A stretch of 64,000 nucleotides of DNA from NCBI GenBank assembly GCA_944392545.1, contig CALXWW010000002.1:59293-123292 (forward strand), given 5' to 3'. Made by a program: the position numbers and the translations under genes. Within the stretch, counting starts at the first letter, position 1. The number at the start of each line of letters is the position of its first letter. Shown here piece by piece: positions 43,539-54,730 of this stretch. The notes beneath the pieces were generated by a model, which saw nothing but the letters and a program-made list of their open reading frames with translations, was not told the DNA's origin and ran no database searches. Origin of the DNA: an uncultured Clostridia bacterium (GTDB taxonomy: Bacteria; Bacillota; Clostridia; TANB77; CAG-508).

Positions 43539-44312
43539 TTATTTATAGTTTACTCTATATATTCTTACAGTTTTACATGTATCGTCATCTAATTCAAATA
43601 CACATCCATTAAGTATTGTCTCTCCTTCGGCCAATTTATATCTTTCTGGAAGCGAAGTAATAAATCTTTTTATCGACGCAGAAATATCCATACCAATTAC
43701 TGAATTTTTTGGTCCCGACATACCTAAATCAGTTATATAGCCAGTTCCTTTATCTGTTATTTCTTCATCAGCTGTTTGTACATGTGTATGAGTTCCAAAT
43801 ATGATATTTACTCTACCATCTAAATAGTGCTTCATCGCTATTTTCTCTGCTGTTGCTTCTGCATGGAAATCAAGTATAATTATATCTACTTCTTTGCTTA
43901 ATTTATTTACCAATTCATCTGCAACTAAAAATGGATTTTCTGATAATATGTTCATATCAGTTCTACCTATTAAGTTTATGACAGCTATTTTCTTACCTTT
44001 ACATTCATATTTATTATATCCTCTTCCTGGTAATCCTTTAGAATAATTTGCAGGTCTTATGATTTTTTCATTATCAATAAATGAAAAGATATCTTTCTTT
44101 CCCCATGTATGATTTCCCATTGTTAAGCAATTAATTTTCATTTTTTGAATGCTAGTAAAATCTCTTTCATTAAGTCCCATTCCTCCTGAAGTATTCTCTG
44201 CATTTACTACTGTAAAATCTATATTTTCCTTTTCTATTATTGTAGGTAATAAATCTCTTAACTTCTTTAAACCATTTTCTCCTACTATATCTCCTATCGC
44301 TAGTATTTTCAT
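43539..44312 (-). CDS. ymdB: YmdB-family 2',3'-cyclic nucleotide phosphodiesterase
   Basis: IGDIVG, VNAEN, TMGNHTW, DFHAEATAEK, GTHTHVQTAD. Confidence 0.93.
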   Translation of the reverse strand: MKILAIGDIVGENGLKKLRDLLPTIIEKENIDFTVVNAENTSGGMGLNERDFTSIQKMKINCLTMGNHTWGKKDIFSFIDNEKIIRPANYSKGLPGRGYNKYECKGKKIAVINLIGRTDMNILSENPFLVADELVNKLSKEVDIIILDFHAEATAEKIAMKHYLDGRVNIIFGTHTHVQTADEEITDKGTGYITDLGMSGPKNSVIGMDISASIKRFITSLPERYKLAEGETILNGCVFELDDDTCKTVRIYRVNYK

Positions 44313-44315
44313 TTT

Positions 44316-45023
44316 TTATCTTCCCTTCTCCTCATCATCTAAATCTAAAATTTTAGAATGTTTTTCTTCTTCTTTTTTTACTCCTGATAAAATAGATTCT
44401 TTTATCAGAGCTTGTAAATGTTCTGGTTCTGGATAGTCCTTTTTGTCCAAAGCTGCTAAAACAAATTTATCTCTTATACTGTATCTTGCAATTCTTCCAT
44501 CTGGAGTTACAGATCTTGTTAAGTGCTCTAATAATATTCCTATGTCCATAGGAAATCCATGCTCTGTTGAATACTTTTCTGCAAATGCTAAAGTGGTTCT
44601 TGTATTCCCGTCTCTAAAAGGATGCACTCTCCAAATTCTTGCTAAATGTTCTGTAAATTCGTAAGTAATCTCATCTATCTTCTTTCCAGACCACGTTGCA
44701 CTATTTAGACTATCTAATGCTTTATTTAAATCTCTTTCTATATTTTTTGGTGCAGAATATTCTAAACTTAAACCTGGAATAACAACTTCTGTTTTGTATA
44801 CAGGCACAGTTCTAAATTCTCCTGCCCAATCAAATATATCTTCAAAAATATGTTTATGTATGCTTTTTAAATAGCTTGCATCATATTTTTGCTTAAAAGC
44901 TTCGCCAATGTCTATTAATTTAACAAAACCAATGTCTTTTTCAGCAGCATTTAATTCATTATATTCTTCTATACCTAATTTATTTTTTAATGTTCCATTT
45001 TTTTGAATGTATGGATCTTTCAT
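44316..45023 (-). CDS. Fic-domain toxin
   Basis: GTLKNKLGI, IHKHIFEDIFDWAGEFRTV, HPFRDGNTRT. Confidence 0.9.
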   Translation of the reverse strand: MKDPYIQKNGTLKNKLGIEEYNELNAAEKDIGFVKLIDIGEAFKQKYDASYLKSIHKHIFEDIFDWAGEFRTVPVYKTEVVIPGLSLEYSAPKNIERDLNKALDSLNSATWSGKKIDEITYEFTEHLARIWRVHPFRDGNTRTTLAFAEKYSTEHGFPMDIGILLEHLTRSVTPDGRIARYSIRDKFVLAALDKKDYPEPEHLQALIKESILSGVKKEEEKHSKILDLDDEEKGR

Positions 45024-45044
45024 TTTCTCACCTTTTCTATTTTT

Positions 45045-45239
45045 CTATTTATTTTTATTATATTTATTTATAACCTTTTCTTGTAATTCTTTTAACTCAA
45101 TTTTACCCTCTATATATTGTTTAGCTAAAGCTAGTGTTTCATCTGTTGGCACATCTGCGCCAGATATCGATATTCCTAATGCTTTTTTTACTAATTCTTT
45201 TCTTTCTTCTATTGTTGTTTTATTAATAGAATAATCCAT
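45045..45239 (-). CDS. VbhA-like antitoxin
   Basis: 64-aa helical protein directly upstream of Fic; ERKELV..ALG..YIEGKI pattern. Confidence 0.65.
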   Translation of the reverse strand: MDYSINKTTIEERKELVKKALGISISGADVPTDETLALAKQYIEGKIELKELQEKVINKYNKNK

Positions 45240-45381
45240 TTATTTAGTCTCCTTTTGTTTTTTATTTCCTTGTATATTATATCATATATATTACTTTGTT
45301 GTAAATAAAAGGAAAAATCGGAGAAAAAATCCCCCGATTTGCAAAAATCATTATTTACATATTAACATATATTTAAAAGTA

Positions 45382-46527
45382 TTATATATTATTTGCTAGT
45401 GTTTCAAGCTGATTTGTGCTTGCTTCATTTAATCTTGATTTTATTGTTACTATTGGCTCAATTATCTCTATTTCTTTCATTTCACTTAAAATGTTTTTCA
45501 TGCATTTACCTGCTGATGGCGCCCATGAACCATTTTCAACAATTCCAACTTTTCTTTTTTGATAATTTCTATCTTTTAGTCTTATTAAGAAATGTTCCAT
45601 TGCTGGATATAGTCCTGCATTATAGCTAGAAGACATAATAACTAATTTAGAAAATCTAAATGCACCTGCAACTGCCTCTGCCCAGTCATCTATTGTTAAA
45701 TCTGTTAATATTACATTTTCGCCTTTTTCTTTTAGCATTTTTTCTAATTTTTTTGCCGCTTCTAATGTATTACCATAAATTGAACTACATACAATAAGCA
45801 CTCCATCTTCTTCTGGTTCATAACTACTCCATTTATCATATTTATCTATATAATATTCTAAATTTTCTGTTAGTATTGGCCCATGAAGAGGACATATAGC
45901 CTTTATATCAAGGTTTGAAGCTTTTTTTAGTAAAGCTTGTACTTGCATACCATACTTTCCAACTATACCTATATAATATCTTCTTGCTTCATCTATCCAA
46001 TTATCCTCTACGTCTAAAGAGCCAAACTTTCCAAATGCATCTGCTGAAAATAGTATTTTTTCAGTTTGCTCATACGTAACCATTACTTCTGGCCAATGTA
46101 CCATTGGTGCCATAAAGAATTGTAATTTATGCTTACCTATATCTAGTATATCTCCTTCTTTTACTATAACTTTTCTAGAAGATATATCTTCATTAAAAAA
46201 TCCTAATAATATGTTAAAAGTAAACATATTTCCTACTATTTTCATATCTGGATATTTATTAATTAAAGTACCAATATTGTATGCATGGTCTGGTTCCATG
46301 TGTGATACAATTAAATAATCTGGATTTTTTCCTTCTAATGCTTTTTCTAAATTTTGTAGCCATATATCTGTTACTTCTTTATCTATCGTATCTAATATTA
46401 CTGTTTTTTCATCTTTTATTACGTATGAATTATAGCTCATACCATGCTTTAAGTTGTATTGTCCTTCAAATAAATCCAAGTTATTATCACTTGCGCCAAT
46501 GTTTATAATGTCTTTTAAAACTTCCAT
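45382..46527 (-). CDS. fprA: Flavodiiron (FprA/A-type flavoprotein)
   Basis: SYNSYVI, SHMEPDH, PMVHWPE, FSADAFG, CPLHGP, flavodoxin SIYGNT. Confidence 0.9.
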   Translation of the reverse strand: MEVLKDIINIGASDNNLDLFEGQYNLKHGMSYNSYVIKDEKTVILDTIDKEVTDIWLQNLEKALEGKNPDYLIVSHMEPDHAYNIGTLINKYPDMKIVGNMFTFNILLGFFNEDISSRKVIVKEGDILDIGKHKLQFFMAPMVHWPEVMVTYEQTEKILFSADAFGKFGSLDVEDNWIDEARRYYIGIVGKYGMQVQALLKKASNLDIKAICPLHGPILTENLEYYIDKYDKWSSYEPEEDGVLIVCSSIYGNTLEAAKKLEKMLKEKGENVILTDLTIDDWAEAVAGAFRFSKLVIMSSSYNAGLYPAMEHFLIRLKDRNYQKRKVGIVENGSWAPSAGKCMKNILSEMKEIEIIEPIVTIKSRLNEASTNQLETLANNI

Positions 46528-46583
46528 CTTCTCCTATCCTTTCTTTGTAAAATTTTTTTGATGTACTGGAATAACTTTTCATA

Positions 46584-46922
46584 TTAGATCAAACCATATA
46601 GTGAACTTCTTAAGCTATAAAATGCACCTGCACCTAATGCTATAAATACTACTACTATTATGACTACTAGTAATAATGCACAAAAATATGAACGTGCATA
46701 GTTTCTACGGTTTATATTTGAGTCATCAAAAGAAAATACTATTAATAGTATAAATCCTGCTATTGGTAACCAGAATAATAAACTATATCCAAAATATCCC
46801 CATGCCGAAATTGGTCTATATTTTTCTGGTACCACAAATTGTGGTTCTCCTTGTGATTGATTTTGATTTTGATTTTGTGTTTGTGCTTGTGTTTGCACTT
46901 GATTTTGATTTTGTTCTTCCAT
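46584..46922 (-). CDS. Small membrane protein with Q/N-rich repeat N-terminus
   Basis: QNQNQVQTQAQTQNQNQNQSQ, then ISAWGYFGY..LP..G two-TM motif. Confidence 0.7.
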   Translation of the reverse strand: MEEQNQNQVQTQAQTQNQNQNQSQGEPQFVVPEKYRPISAWGYFGYSLLFWLPIAGFILLIVFSFDDSNINRRNYARSYFCALLLVVIIVVVFIALGAGAFYSLRSSLYGLI

Positions 46923-47007
46923 CTTTTATTCCCCTTTCAATTTTTAATTCTATATAATATTATATTTATTAATATTTATATATATCTTTTTATTTTTAAT
47001 TTAAATA

Positions 47008-47748
47008 TTATTCGTAATCAAATATTGTTTGATATTTATCTGCACCTGCTAATGAATATACATTTGCTATATAACTTAATTTTCCTTCTTCATTTATATA
47101 TATTTCTGTATTTTCTAAACTGCAATTTTCTTTTGAATTGTTTTTCTCTTTAATGTCTTCATATCCTACCATTTCTTTGAAAGCTGCTGTAGTTTCATCA
47201 AATTTTGCACTTATTTGCTCTGCTATTTTTGCTTCATAAGCATCTTTAGTAATATTTTTTGCTGAAAGTACATCTTCTTTTTCTAAAACTGCACCTGTTT
47301 TTTGATTTACATTATATACTTCATAAGTATCTTGAGAAGCTTCTAAATACGTTTTTGTTATAACAAGTGATACAATGTCACTATTTACGTAATATTCATA
47401 AGTTACCTCTGTTGCGCCGAATTCTTCATTTGCTTCTGCTACTTCTTGATATTCTTCTTCTATTCTAGAATTTAATTCTTTTATTTCTTCTGTATTTATA
47501 TTAAATGCTGGTATTTCTACTTGTGTTTTTTCATCAAAGTAGTCATATTCCTTATCAAATACAGAATATATTATTTCTTTTTCTTCATCTATTTTAGTAA
47601 CTTGTTGCTCTGTAACTTCATTTAAGGTTTCATTTTCTGTTACTGGTTCACCTTCCATGTTTGTACTATCTGTTCCACAACCAGGCAAACTAAATAACGC
47701 AATAATTAAAATAAATACTATACTTAAACTTAAAATTTTATTTTTCAT
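47008..47748 (-). CDS. Lipoprotein (PdaC/RsiV-like)
   Basis: Lipobox LPGC; VEIPAFNI..LNSRI, YEYY..IVSLVI, YNVNQKTG. Confidence 0.65.
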   Translation of the reverse strand: MKNKILSLSIVFILIIALFSLPGCGTDSTNMEGEPVTENETLNEVTEQQVTKIDEEKEIIYSVFDKEYDYFDEKTQVEIPAFNINTEEIKELNSRIEEEYQEVAEANEEFGATEVTYEYYVNSDIVSLVITKTYLEASQDTYEVYNVNQKTGAVLEKEDVLSAKNITKDAYEAKIAEQISAKFDETTAAFKEMVGYEDIKEKNNSKENCSLENTEIYINEEGKLSYIANVYSLAGADKYQTIFDYE

Positions 47749-47822
47749 AAATGCATCTCCTTTTATTATTTTTTAGCTCATGGATAATTATATCACATAT
47801 TTGTGTAATATTAATAATAAAT

Positions 47823-48305
47823 TTAAGATATTTTATTATTAATTTTTCTACTGTCATTTTTATTTATTATCATCTGTTTTACAATCACGATTATGAGAAT
47901 GAAAACTCCTACTGTAACACTTATATCTGCTAAATTAAATATTGGAAATTTTACAAATTCAAGTTTTATAAAGTCTACTACATATCCTCTTAAGAGCCTA
48001 TCTATTAAATTTCCAACTCCTCCAGATAGAATGAGTATTAAAGAAACTAATACTACAAAATCTATACTTTCCCTATTTTCTTTTAAAAACTTTATAATGA
48101 TTCCTAGAATTACAATATTAAACAGAATAACAAATATTAAATTATTATCTATTAATCCAAATGCCACACCTGTGTTTTGTGTATATGTAAAACTCAAAAT
48201 ATTTGGAATTAAATTAATGCTTTTATCTATTATTAAAAGCTTGCTTAATTGATCTAATAAAATTATTGCTAGACTAGTTATTGCTAGCATTATCTTTTTC
48301 TTCAT
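47823..48305 (-). CDS. lspA: Signal peptidase II
   Basis: LDQLSK, NTGVAFG, GGVGNLIDR..GYVVDF, FNLAD. Confidence 0.95.
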   Translation of the reverse strand: MKKKIMLAITSLAIILLDQLSKLLIIDKSINLIPNILSFTYTQNTGVAFGLIDNNLIFVILFNIVILGIIIKFLKENRESIDFVVLVSLILILSGGVGNLIDRLLRGYVVDFIKLEFVKFPIFNLADISVTVGVFILIIVIVKQMIINKNDSRKINNKIS

Positions 48306-48405
48306 TATATTATCCCCTTATCTTTTTTACAGTATTAATATATCAAAAAGCTAGTAATTTTTCAATTACTAGCTTAATAATTTATAAATTATATTATTCT
48401 TACTT

Positions 48406-49092
48406 TTACTTTATTATTGATAATAATAAGTCTATAAATTCTTCTTCAGATATTCCACTTGTTTCTATATCAAATTTTATTCCGTTATATTCGAATTTCG
48501 TTATATACATTTTTTCATAATTATATATTACAAACTCTATATCATTTATATTAGAAACTTTGCTATTTTCTTTATCTATAAAGTAATCTCTTAATGGTTC
48601 ATACGTATCCGAAAATGATATTGTAATACTCTTTTCTGCACTTTCATTTGTTCTATAATCTATAACATAATTGTTTAAAATATTATACTCCTCTGTCTGT
48701 ATGTTTTCTCTTACATATACTGCATATATACTTTCTGAATTAAATCCTTCTGGAGTTTTAATTGTTTTTAAAATATCAAATTTTTCTGGTATTTCTTCAA
48801 CCTCTACAGTTTTTATATCTGCATCTAAACTAGACATTGCCATATCATTTAATTTATTAATCTTAATTTCTGCTTTGATACCATCTATTTCTGTTATCTC
48901 ATTATTAAATGTATTTCTATTTAATCCTATTACTAGAGCTAGTATAAGTATTAGCGAAAAAGCTGGAACTAATATATATCTTTTTTTCATACCTATTCCC
49001 CCTTTAACTTTTACTTTGGATAATATAGCTTCATAATTTTTCTTTTTGTCTTCTTCTATTTTTTCGTGCATCATGTCTCTAATTTTATTCAT
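48406..49092 (-). CDS. Probable anti-sigma factor (single TM)
   Basis: Short cytoplasmic N-terminus, TM helix, extracellular domain; overlaps the ECF sigma stop. Confidence 0.6.
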   Translation of the reverse strand: MNKIRDMMHEKIEEDKKKNYEAILSKVKVKGGIGMKKRYILVPAFSLILILALVIGLNRNTFNNEITEIDGIKAEIKINKLNDMAMSSLDADIKTVEVEEIPEKFDILKTIKTPEGFNSESIYAVYVRENIQTEEYNILNNYVIDYRTNESAEKSITISFSDTYEPLRDYFIDKENSKVSNINDIEFVIYNYEKMYITKFEYNGIKFDIETSGISEEEFIDLLLSIIK

Positions 49093-49633
49093 CTATATCA
49101 CTCTCCTTTTCTTCAAGTTCTTCTTTTAGTTTATTTACTGTTCTATAGATAATATTTTTCACATTTGCTTCTGTTAAATTTAACTCTTTAGCTATATCTT
49201 TTATTTTTAAATCTAAACCATAATATAGATAAAATATTTTTTGAGTTAAATCATTTTTCTGTTTCAAGCATCTCCAAATTTGATTACTATCAGATTTGAT
49301 TATTACTACCTCTTCAATATTAATATTGTCAGGTATGTTTGATAAATCTTCTTCCATATCTAAAGAAGCAGTTTTAAATTTGTATAAAAGTCCATAGTGC
49401 TTAATTATCTTCTTTTTGGCTATTCCTACAATATAGCTAGTAGGATTATCTAATTTAAGTTCCTTCTTTCTTCTTAAAATACTGTACAATTCTGTATATG
49501 TATTTTGCAATATGTCATTTAAGTCGTCAATGTTTTCACATTTACAAATTACATATTGTAAGACTTTGTTATATGTAGTTTTATAAATTTCTTCAAAATC
49601 TTTTAATGTAATATGAGTACTCATTTTTATCAC
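49085..49633 (-). CDS. ECF sigma-70 factor
   Basis: FEEIYKTTY, DDILQNTY-like region 2, KIKDIAKELNLTEANVKNIIYR region 4. Confidence 0.85.
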   Translation of the reverse strand: MIKMSTHITLKDFEEIYKTTYNKVLQYVICKCENIDDLNDILQNTYTELYSILRRKKELKLDNPTSYIVGIAKKKIIKHYGLLYKFKTASLDMEEDLSNIPDNINIEEVVIIKSDSNQIWRCLKQKNDLTQKIFYLYYGLDLKIKDIAKELNLTEANVKNIIYRTVNKLKEELEEKESDIDE

Positions 49634-49730
49634 CTTCTAATTATATAGTGCTTATTTTTAATAAAAAAGTTTCAATTTTATTTCATTTAAATATAATAAA
49701 AGGCAGGTATAATACTTGCCTTTATAGATT

Positions 49731-50510
49731 TTATCCTAATGCTATGTCTAATACCATCATTAATACAAAACCAATTGCAAACCCTATTGTTCCAATGTCT
49801 GAATGTTCTCCTTCTTGTGCCTCTGGGATTAATTCTTCTATAACTACATAAATCATAGCACCTGCTGCAAATGCTAATATATATGGAAGAATTGGTGTAA
49901 CTGTACTTGTAAATAATATTGTTATAATCGCTGCTATTGGTTCAACTATTCCCGATAACATTCCATATATAAATGCTTTAGGTTTTGATATTCCTTCTGC
50001 TTTTAATGGCATTGATATAATTGCACCTTCTGGGAAGTTTTGTATTGCTATTCCTATTGCTAAAGCTAATGCACCAGCAAGTGTTATTCCTGAATTTTGT
50101 GCCATTGCCCCTGCAAATACAACACCCGCTGCCATTCCTTCTGGTATATTATGAAGTGTAACTGCCAAAACCATCATAGTTGAATTTTTTAATTTTGCCT
50201 TTATGCCTTCTGGCTTGTTTTTCTTTAAATGTAAATGTGGAATTATATGGTCTAATAGTAGTAAGAATAAAATTCCTAAACTAAACCCTATTGCAGCCGG
50301 AACCCAAGTCGTTTTTCCTTGCTGTTCTGCCATGTCCATTGATGGAATTATTAATGACCAAATTGAAGCCGCTATCATAACTCCTGCTGCAAAACCAAGT
50401 AATAGCCTTTCCACTTTTCTATTTATTTTATTCCTCATAAAAAATACCATTGCTGAGCCTATAGTTGTTCCTATAAAAGGAATTAAAAGTCCTATTGCAA
50501 TATTTTTCAA
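49731..50510 (-). CDS. ZIP-family (ZupT/GufA) metal transporter
   Basis: GFAAGVMIAASIWSLI, TLHNIPEG, IQNFPEG, EELIPE. Confidence 0.93.
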   Translation of the reverse strand: MKNIAIGLLIPFIGTTIGSAMVFFMRNKINRKVERLLLGFAAGVMIAASIWSLIIPSMDMAEQQGKTTWVPAAIGFSLGILFLLLLDHIIPHLHLKKNKPEGIKAKLKNSTMMVLAVTLHNIPEGMAAGVVFAGAMAQNSGITLAGALALAIGIAIQNFPEGAIISMPLKAEGISKPKAFIYGMLSGIVEPIAAIITILFTSTVTPILPYILAFAAGAMIYVVIEELIPEAQEGEHSDIGTIGFAIGFVLMMVLDIALG

Positions 50511-50532
50511 ACTTTATCATCTCCATTATTTA

Positions 50533-52509
50533 TTAATTTTGATTTTCTATTCTTTCTAATTCACTATTTAATTCTTCCCATTCTTTCATTTTAGCTTCTA
50601 TTTCAAAATTTAACTTTTGTACATTTTCTTCTAATTCTTTAAGTTTTACATAATCTGTATTATTTTCATCTTTTAACATTTCTGCCTCTAACGACTTTAT
50701 TTCTTCTTCTTTTTGATTTATTTCTTTTTCTATTTTAGATATTTTATTTCTTATTCTATTAATTTCTTTTCCAATAAAATATGAGTTATTAGCTTTTGTC
50801 TTATCCTCTTTCATTACATTTTCTTTTAAATTTTTTTCATTATTTAAAGTTATATTCTCTTCTACATTTTCTTCTTTTTTTCTCAAATATTCTTCATATC
50901 TTCCGTTAAAATATGTCACTTTATTCTTTTCAAATATTAATAATGAATCTGCTATTTTATTTACGAAGTATCTATCATGCGATACAAATATTAATGTTCC
51001 TTTGTATTCTTTTAGCATTTCTTCTAAACTTTCTTTACCTAATATGTCCATGTGGTTTGTTGGCTCATCTAATAAAAGTAAATTAGGACCTTGTTTTAAG
51101 ATTTTACATAATTGTAGTCTACCTTTTTCTCCTCCTGAAAGCACCTTTATCTTTTTAAATGCATCCTCTCCAGAGAAAAGAAAACTTCCTAATATTGTTC
51201 TTATTTGTGTTGTTGTAAGGTTTGGAAAAGTATTATACATTTCATCAAATACAGTGTTTTCTGTATTTAAAAATTCCATTTGCTGGTCAAAATATCCTCT
51301 TACTACATGATATCCATATTCAAACTCTCCTCCAAGTTTTTGTATATCTCCATTTAGTGTTTTTAGTAGGGTGGATTTTCCAATTCCATTTTCTCCTATT
51401 ATTCCAAGTTTTTGTCCTTTATATAATTCAAATGAAATAGTTTGAATAGGTCTATCATACCCTATTTTTAAGTCTTTAGCAGTTAGCACCATTTTTCCAC
51501 TTTCGATTTGTATATTGAAATTTGCATGAAATGTTTTCATATCATATTTATTAGGCTCTTCTATAATATCCATCTGTTCTATCTTTTTTAATTTAGATAA
51601 TGCCATTTTTGCTTTGGTTGGCTTGTACCTAAATCTATCTGCTATTGACTTCAGCCTTTTTATTTCTGCTTGTTGATATTCGTAATCTTTTAATTGTTTT
51701 TCATAGTTTACTTTTTTCTGTTTTTCAAAGTCAGTATAATTTCCAATATATTCTGTAAGTTTCCCATACTCTATTTCATATACTTTATTTACTATTCTAT
51801 CTAAAAACATTCTATCATGTGATACAATAACTACAGTTTTAGGATATGTTTTTAAATATCCTTCTAACCATTCTATCGCAGTTATGTCTAAATGGTTTGT
51901 TGGCTCATCTAAAAGCAAAATATCAGGTTTACTTAAAAGTAACTTTAAAAAAGCTATTTTTGTTTTTTGTCCCCCAGAAAATTCACTTATTTTTTTATTT
52001 TTATCTTCTTCTGAAAATCCAAATTTTTTTATAGCTGTTTCATATTCTTTTTTGTATGTATAACCATCTAATATTTCAAATCTTTCTAGAGCATTTGTGT
52101 ATTCTTTTATCGTACTTTCATCTGAATTAGTTTGTAATTTTTCTGTTAAGCTAGTAATCTTTTCTTCTAATTTTATTATGTTATCATACACTTTTAATAT
52201 TTCTTCTAACATACTTAAGTTAGAATTTTCAAAATTAATTTGTTTTAAATATCCAATGTTAGGATTTCCTTGTTTATATATATTAAATTTTTCTTCTCCT
52301 ACACCTTCTTCTAATATGTTATTATCTATTATACTATTAAGAAGTGTACTCTTTCCTGCACCATTTCGACCTACAATAGCTATTTTATCTCTATCTTTTA
52401 TTTCAAAATTAATTTCTTCTAAAACTGTATCTGCCCCAAAACTAACTGCGCCGTTTGTTATTTTATAGTTCATTTTTATTCCTTTCTGTTCTTTTACTAT
52501 TTTGCACAT
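50533..52509 (-). CDS. ABC-F family ATPase
   Basis: Two NBDs (GRNGAGKS, GENGIGKS), SGGQ/SGGE, LDEPTNH, C-terminal coiled coil; likely start MNYKIT at 52473. Confidence 0.92.
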   Translation of the reverse strand: MCKIVKEQKGIKMNYKITNGAVSFGADTVLEEINFEIKDRDKIAIVGRNGAGKSTLLNSIIDNNILEEGVGEEKFNIYKQGNPNIGYLKQINFENSNLSMLEEILKVYDNIIKLEEKITSLTEKLQTNSDESTIKEYTNALERFEILDGYTYKKEYETAIKKFGFSEEDKNKKISEFSGGQKTKIAFLKLLLSKPDILLLDEPTNHLDITAIEWLEGYLKTYPKTVVIVSHDRMFLDRIVNKVYEIEYGKLTEYIGNYTDFEKQKKVNYEKQLKDYEYQQAEIKRLKSIADRFRYKPTKAKMALSKLKKIEQMDIIEEPNKYDMKTFHANFNIQIESGKMVLTAKDLKIGYDRPIQTISFELYKGQKLGIIGENGIGKSTLLKTLNGDIQKLGGEFEYGYHVVRGYFDQQMEFLNTENTVFDEMYNTFPNLTTTQIRTILGSFLFSGEDAFKKIKVLSGGEKGRLQLCKILKQGPNLLLLDEPTNHMDILGKESLEEMLKEYKGTLIFVSHDRYFVNKIADSLLIFEKNKVTYFNGRYEEYLRKKEENVEENITLNNEKNLKENVMKEDKTKANNSYFIGKEINRIRNKISKIEKEINQKEEEIKSLEAEMLKDENNTDYVKLKELEENVQKLNFEIEAKMKEWEELNSELERIENQN

Positions 52510-52599
52510 TTTTTAATTATTTCTTTATTATTTCTTCATTTATTAATATATCACATAACGAAAAAATACTCCATACTTTTTTAGTATGAAGTATTTTTT

Positions 52600-53706
52600 C
52601 TACATTTTTATTATTCTTTCCCAAGCTAATTCTTCTTTTCCAAAGTGTCCATAGTTTGTTGTTTTTGTATAAATTGGCTTTTTCAAATCTAAATATTCTA
52701 TAATTCCATTTGGCGTTAAATCAAATTTTTCTCTTATTAGTCTAGCTAGTTCTTCATCTGTTTTCGTAGCTGTTCCAAAAGTATTTACATATATAGAAAG
52801 AGGCTCTTTCATTCCTATTGCATATGATACTTGTATTTCACACTTACCTGCATAACCATTTGCTACTATATTTTTAGCTATATGACGAAGCATATATGCT
52901 GCACTTCTATCTACTTTACTTGCATCCTTTCCTGAAAAAGCACCTCCACCATGACGTGCATATCCTCCATAAGTATCCACAATAATTTTTCTTCCTGTAA
53001 GACCTGTATCACCCAAAGGTCCTCCTATAACGAATCTTCCTGTAGGATTTATATATATATTAGTATTTTCATCCATCATATTACTTGGTACAACAGCTTT
53101 AATTACTTTTTCTGTTATATCTTTCTTTAGCTCTTCTTGGCTAATTTCTGCATTATGCTGCGTTGAGATTAATATTGTTTCTATTCTTTTTGGTTTACTC
53201 TCTTCGTATTCTACTGTTACTTGAACTTTTCCGTCTGGTCTTAAATATGGTATAACTCTATTTTTCCTAACTTCTGTTAGCCTTTTCGCAAGCTTATGCG
53301 CCATATCTATTGCATAAGGCATATAGTTTTCAGTTTCATTTGATGCATATCCAAACATAATTCCTTGGTCTCCTGCACCGCCGATGTCTACACCCATTGC
53401 AATATCAGGACTTTGTTTGGTAATGTTTATGTCTATTTTGCATGTTCTATAATCCATATCCAAATTCTCATTATCATATCCAATTTCTTTTATAACTTCT
53501 CTTACTAAATTTTCTACATTAAACTCTGCCTTTGTAGTTATTTGTCCTGCAATAGTTATAGTATTTCCTGAAGCAAATGTTTCCACTGCCACTCTTGAAT
53601 TACTATCTTGTTTTAAACATTCGTCCAATATACTGTCTGATATTAAATCACATAATTTATCTGGATGACCTTCTGTTACACTCTCTGACGTAAAATATTG
53701 TTTCAT
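52600..53706 (-). CDS. metK: S-adenosylmethionine synthetase
   Basis: [28 protein letters not shown]. Confidence 0.98.
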   Translation of the reverse strand: MKQYFTSESVTEGHPDKLCDLISDSILDECLKQDSNSRVAVETFASGNTITIAGQITTKAEFNVENLVREVIKEIGYDNENLDMDYRTCKIDINITKQSPDIAMGVDIGGAGDQGIMFGYASNETENYMPYAIDMAHKLAKRLTEVRKNRVIPYLRPDGKVQVTVEYEESKPKRIETILISTQHNAEISQEELKKDITEKVIKAVVPSNMMDENTNIYINPTGRFVIGGPLGDTGLTGRKIIVDTYGGYARHGGGAFSGKDASKVDRSAAYMLRHIAKNIVANGYAGKCEIQVSYAIGMKEPLSIYVNTFGTATKTDEELARLIREKFDLTPNGIIEYLDLKKPIYTKTTNYGHFGKEELAWERIIKM

Positions 53707-53747
53707 TTTTTATTACTTCCTTTCACTATTACTTTATTTTAGTTCTT

Positions 53748-54482
53748 TTATTCTAATTCTTGCTTTTCTTCTTTACTTGTCTCATTTTGCTTTTTTAACA
53801 TTTCATTTCTCTTTCTTTCGTCTTCAAACCAATCGTCAAAATAATTGTTAAATAAGGTGTCTTTGTGTTTTTTGATATATAGATGGCCAAATACACATGC
53901 AACTAATGCACCGAATCGCATCTACAATCAAATCATTCATTGTATCTACCAAACCATCTTGTCCTTCAAATCTAAACTTTTGCATATTAAATCCAAATAT
54001 TCTATCTGCCCCATATTCAAAAAACTCCCAGAATACACCCATTGTTAAAGCAAAACAAAATGCAAAAACTATTACAAATTTAGGACTTAAATTTACGTTT
54101 ATATTGCCTTTCTCATTTAGAAGATATACAAATAGGAAACCTACTAGACCAAGTACTACACCTGATATTGTATGAAGCATTGTATCCCACCATGGAATTT
54201 TTTCATAAAAATCTCCTATCTCTCCTAATACTTGTGCTGCAAATATGAATAAAGTTATTACAATTTGTAATCTTTTAGGAAGGTATACGCCAAATCTTTT
54301 TTCTAATATACTTGGATAATATGTTAGAGCAAATGTAATAATTATTAAAAAGTCTTGGCTATGATCTCCTGTAAAAAAGTTTACAATTAGAAATATAATT
54401 AATAACCTCTAATTATATTAGATAGAACCATATTAATATTTTTCTTTCTTTTCTCTAGGTTTTTAGATTGTTTATTTTTCAT
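53748..54482 (-). pseudogene. DUF2238-like membrane protein with two frame breaks (~54406 and CGG 53911-53913)
   Basis: GAGGT RBS and ATG 54482; pieces give ...FAAQVLGEIGDFYEKIPWWDTMLH...GVFWEFFEY...DTMNDLIVDAI-(C)-GALVACVFG. Confidence 0.65.
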
Positions 54483-54628
54483 AAAATACCTCATTTATTT
54501 TAATCTTAACATGAAATATTATACAATATTTAACTATGTAAGTAAAGGGTGAAAGTATAATTGCTTCATAGTAAAAAGGCTAGTAAATTTTACTTTACTA
54601 ACCTTTATCGGAATAAAAGAGAATGTTC

Positions 54629-54728
54629 GTGCTAATTGCTCTTCGTGCTACAATTAGCACTGTTTTATAATTTTTATGTCTGTCCCTTCGTTTTAAATTT
54701 GGAACAAAATGTGTGTCCCCGTGTTCCA
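54629..54728. repeat. Cluster of REP-like palindromes
   Basis: GTGCTAATTG-12 nt-CAATTAGCAC (54629-54660); TGGAACA-AAATGTGTGTCCCCG-TGTTCCA (54700-54728). Confidence 0.7.
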
Positions 54729-54730
54729 TT

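Noticed and set aside
46850-46915. QN/QT microsatellite as a phase-variation tract
   Set aside because: Units are 6 bp and in frame, so slippage changes length only.
53707-53750. SAM riboswitch upstream of metK
   Set aside because: Intergenic space is only ~40 nt and no S-box core is visible.
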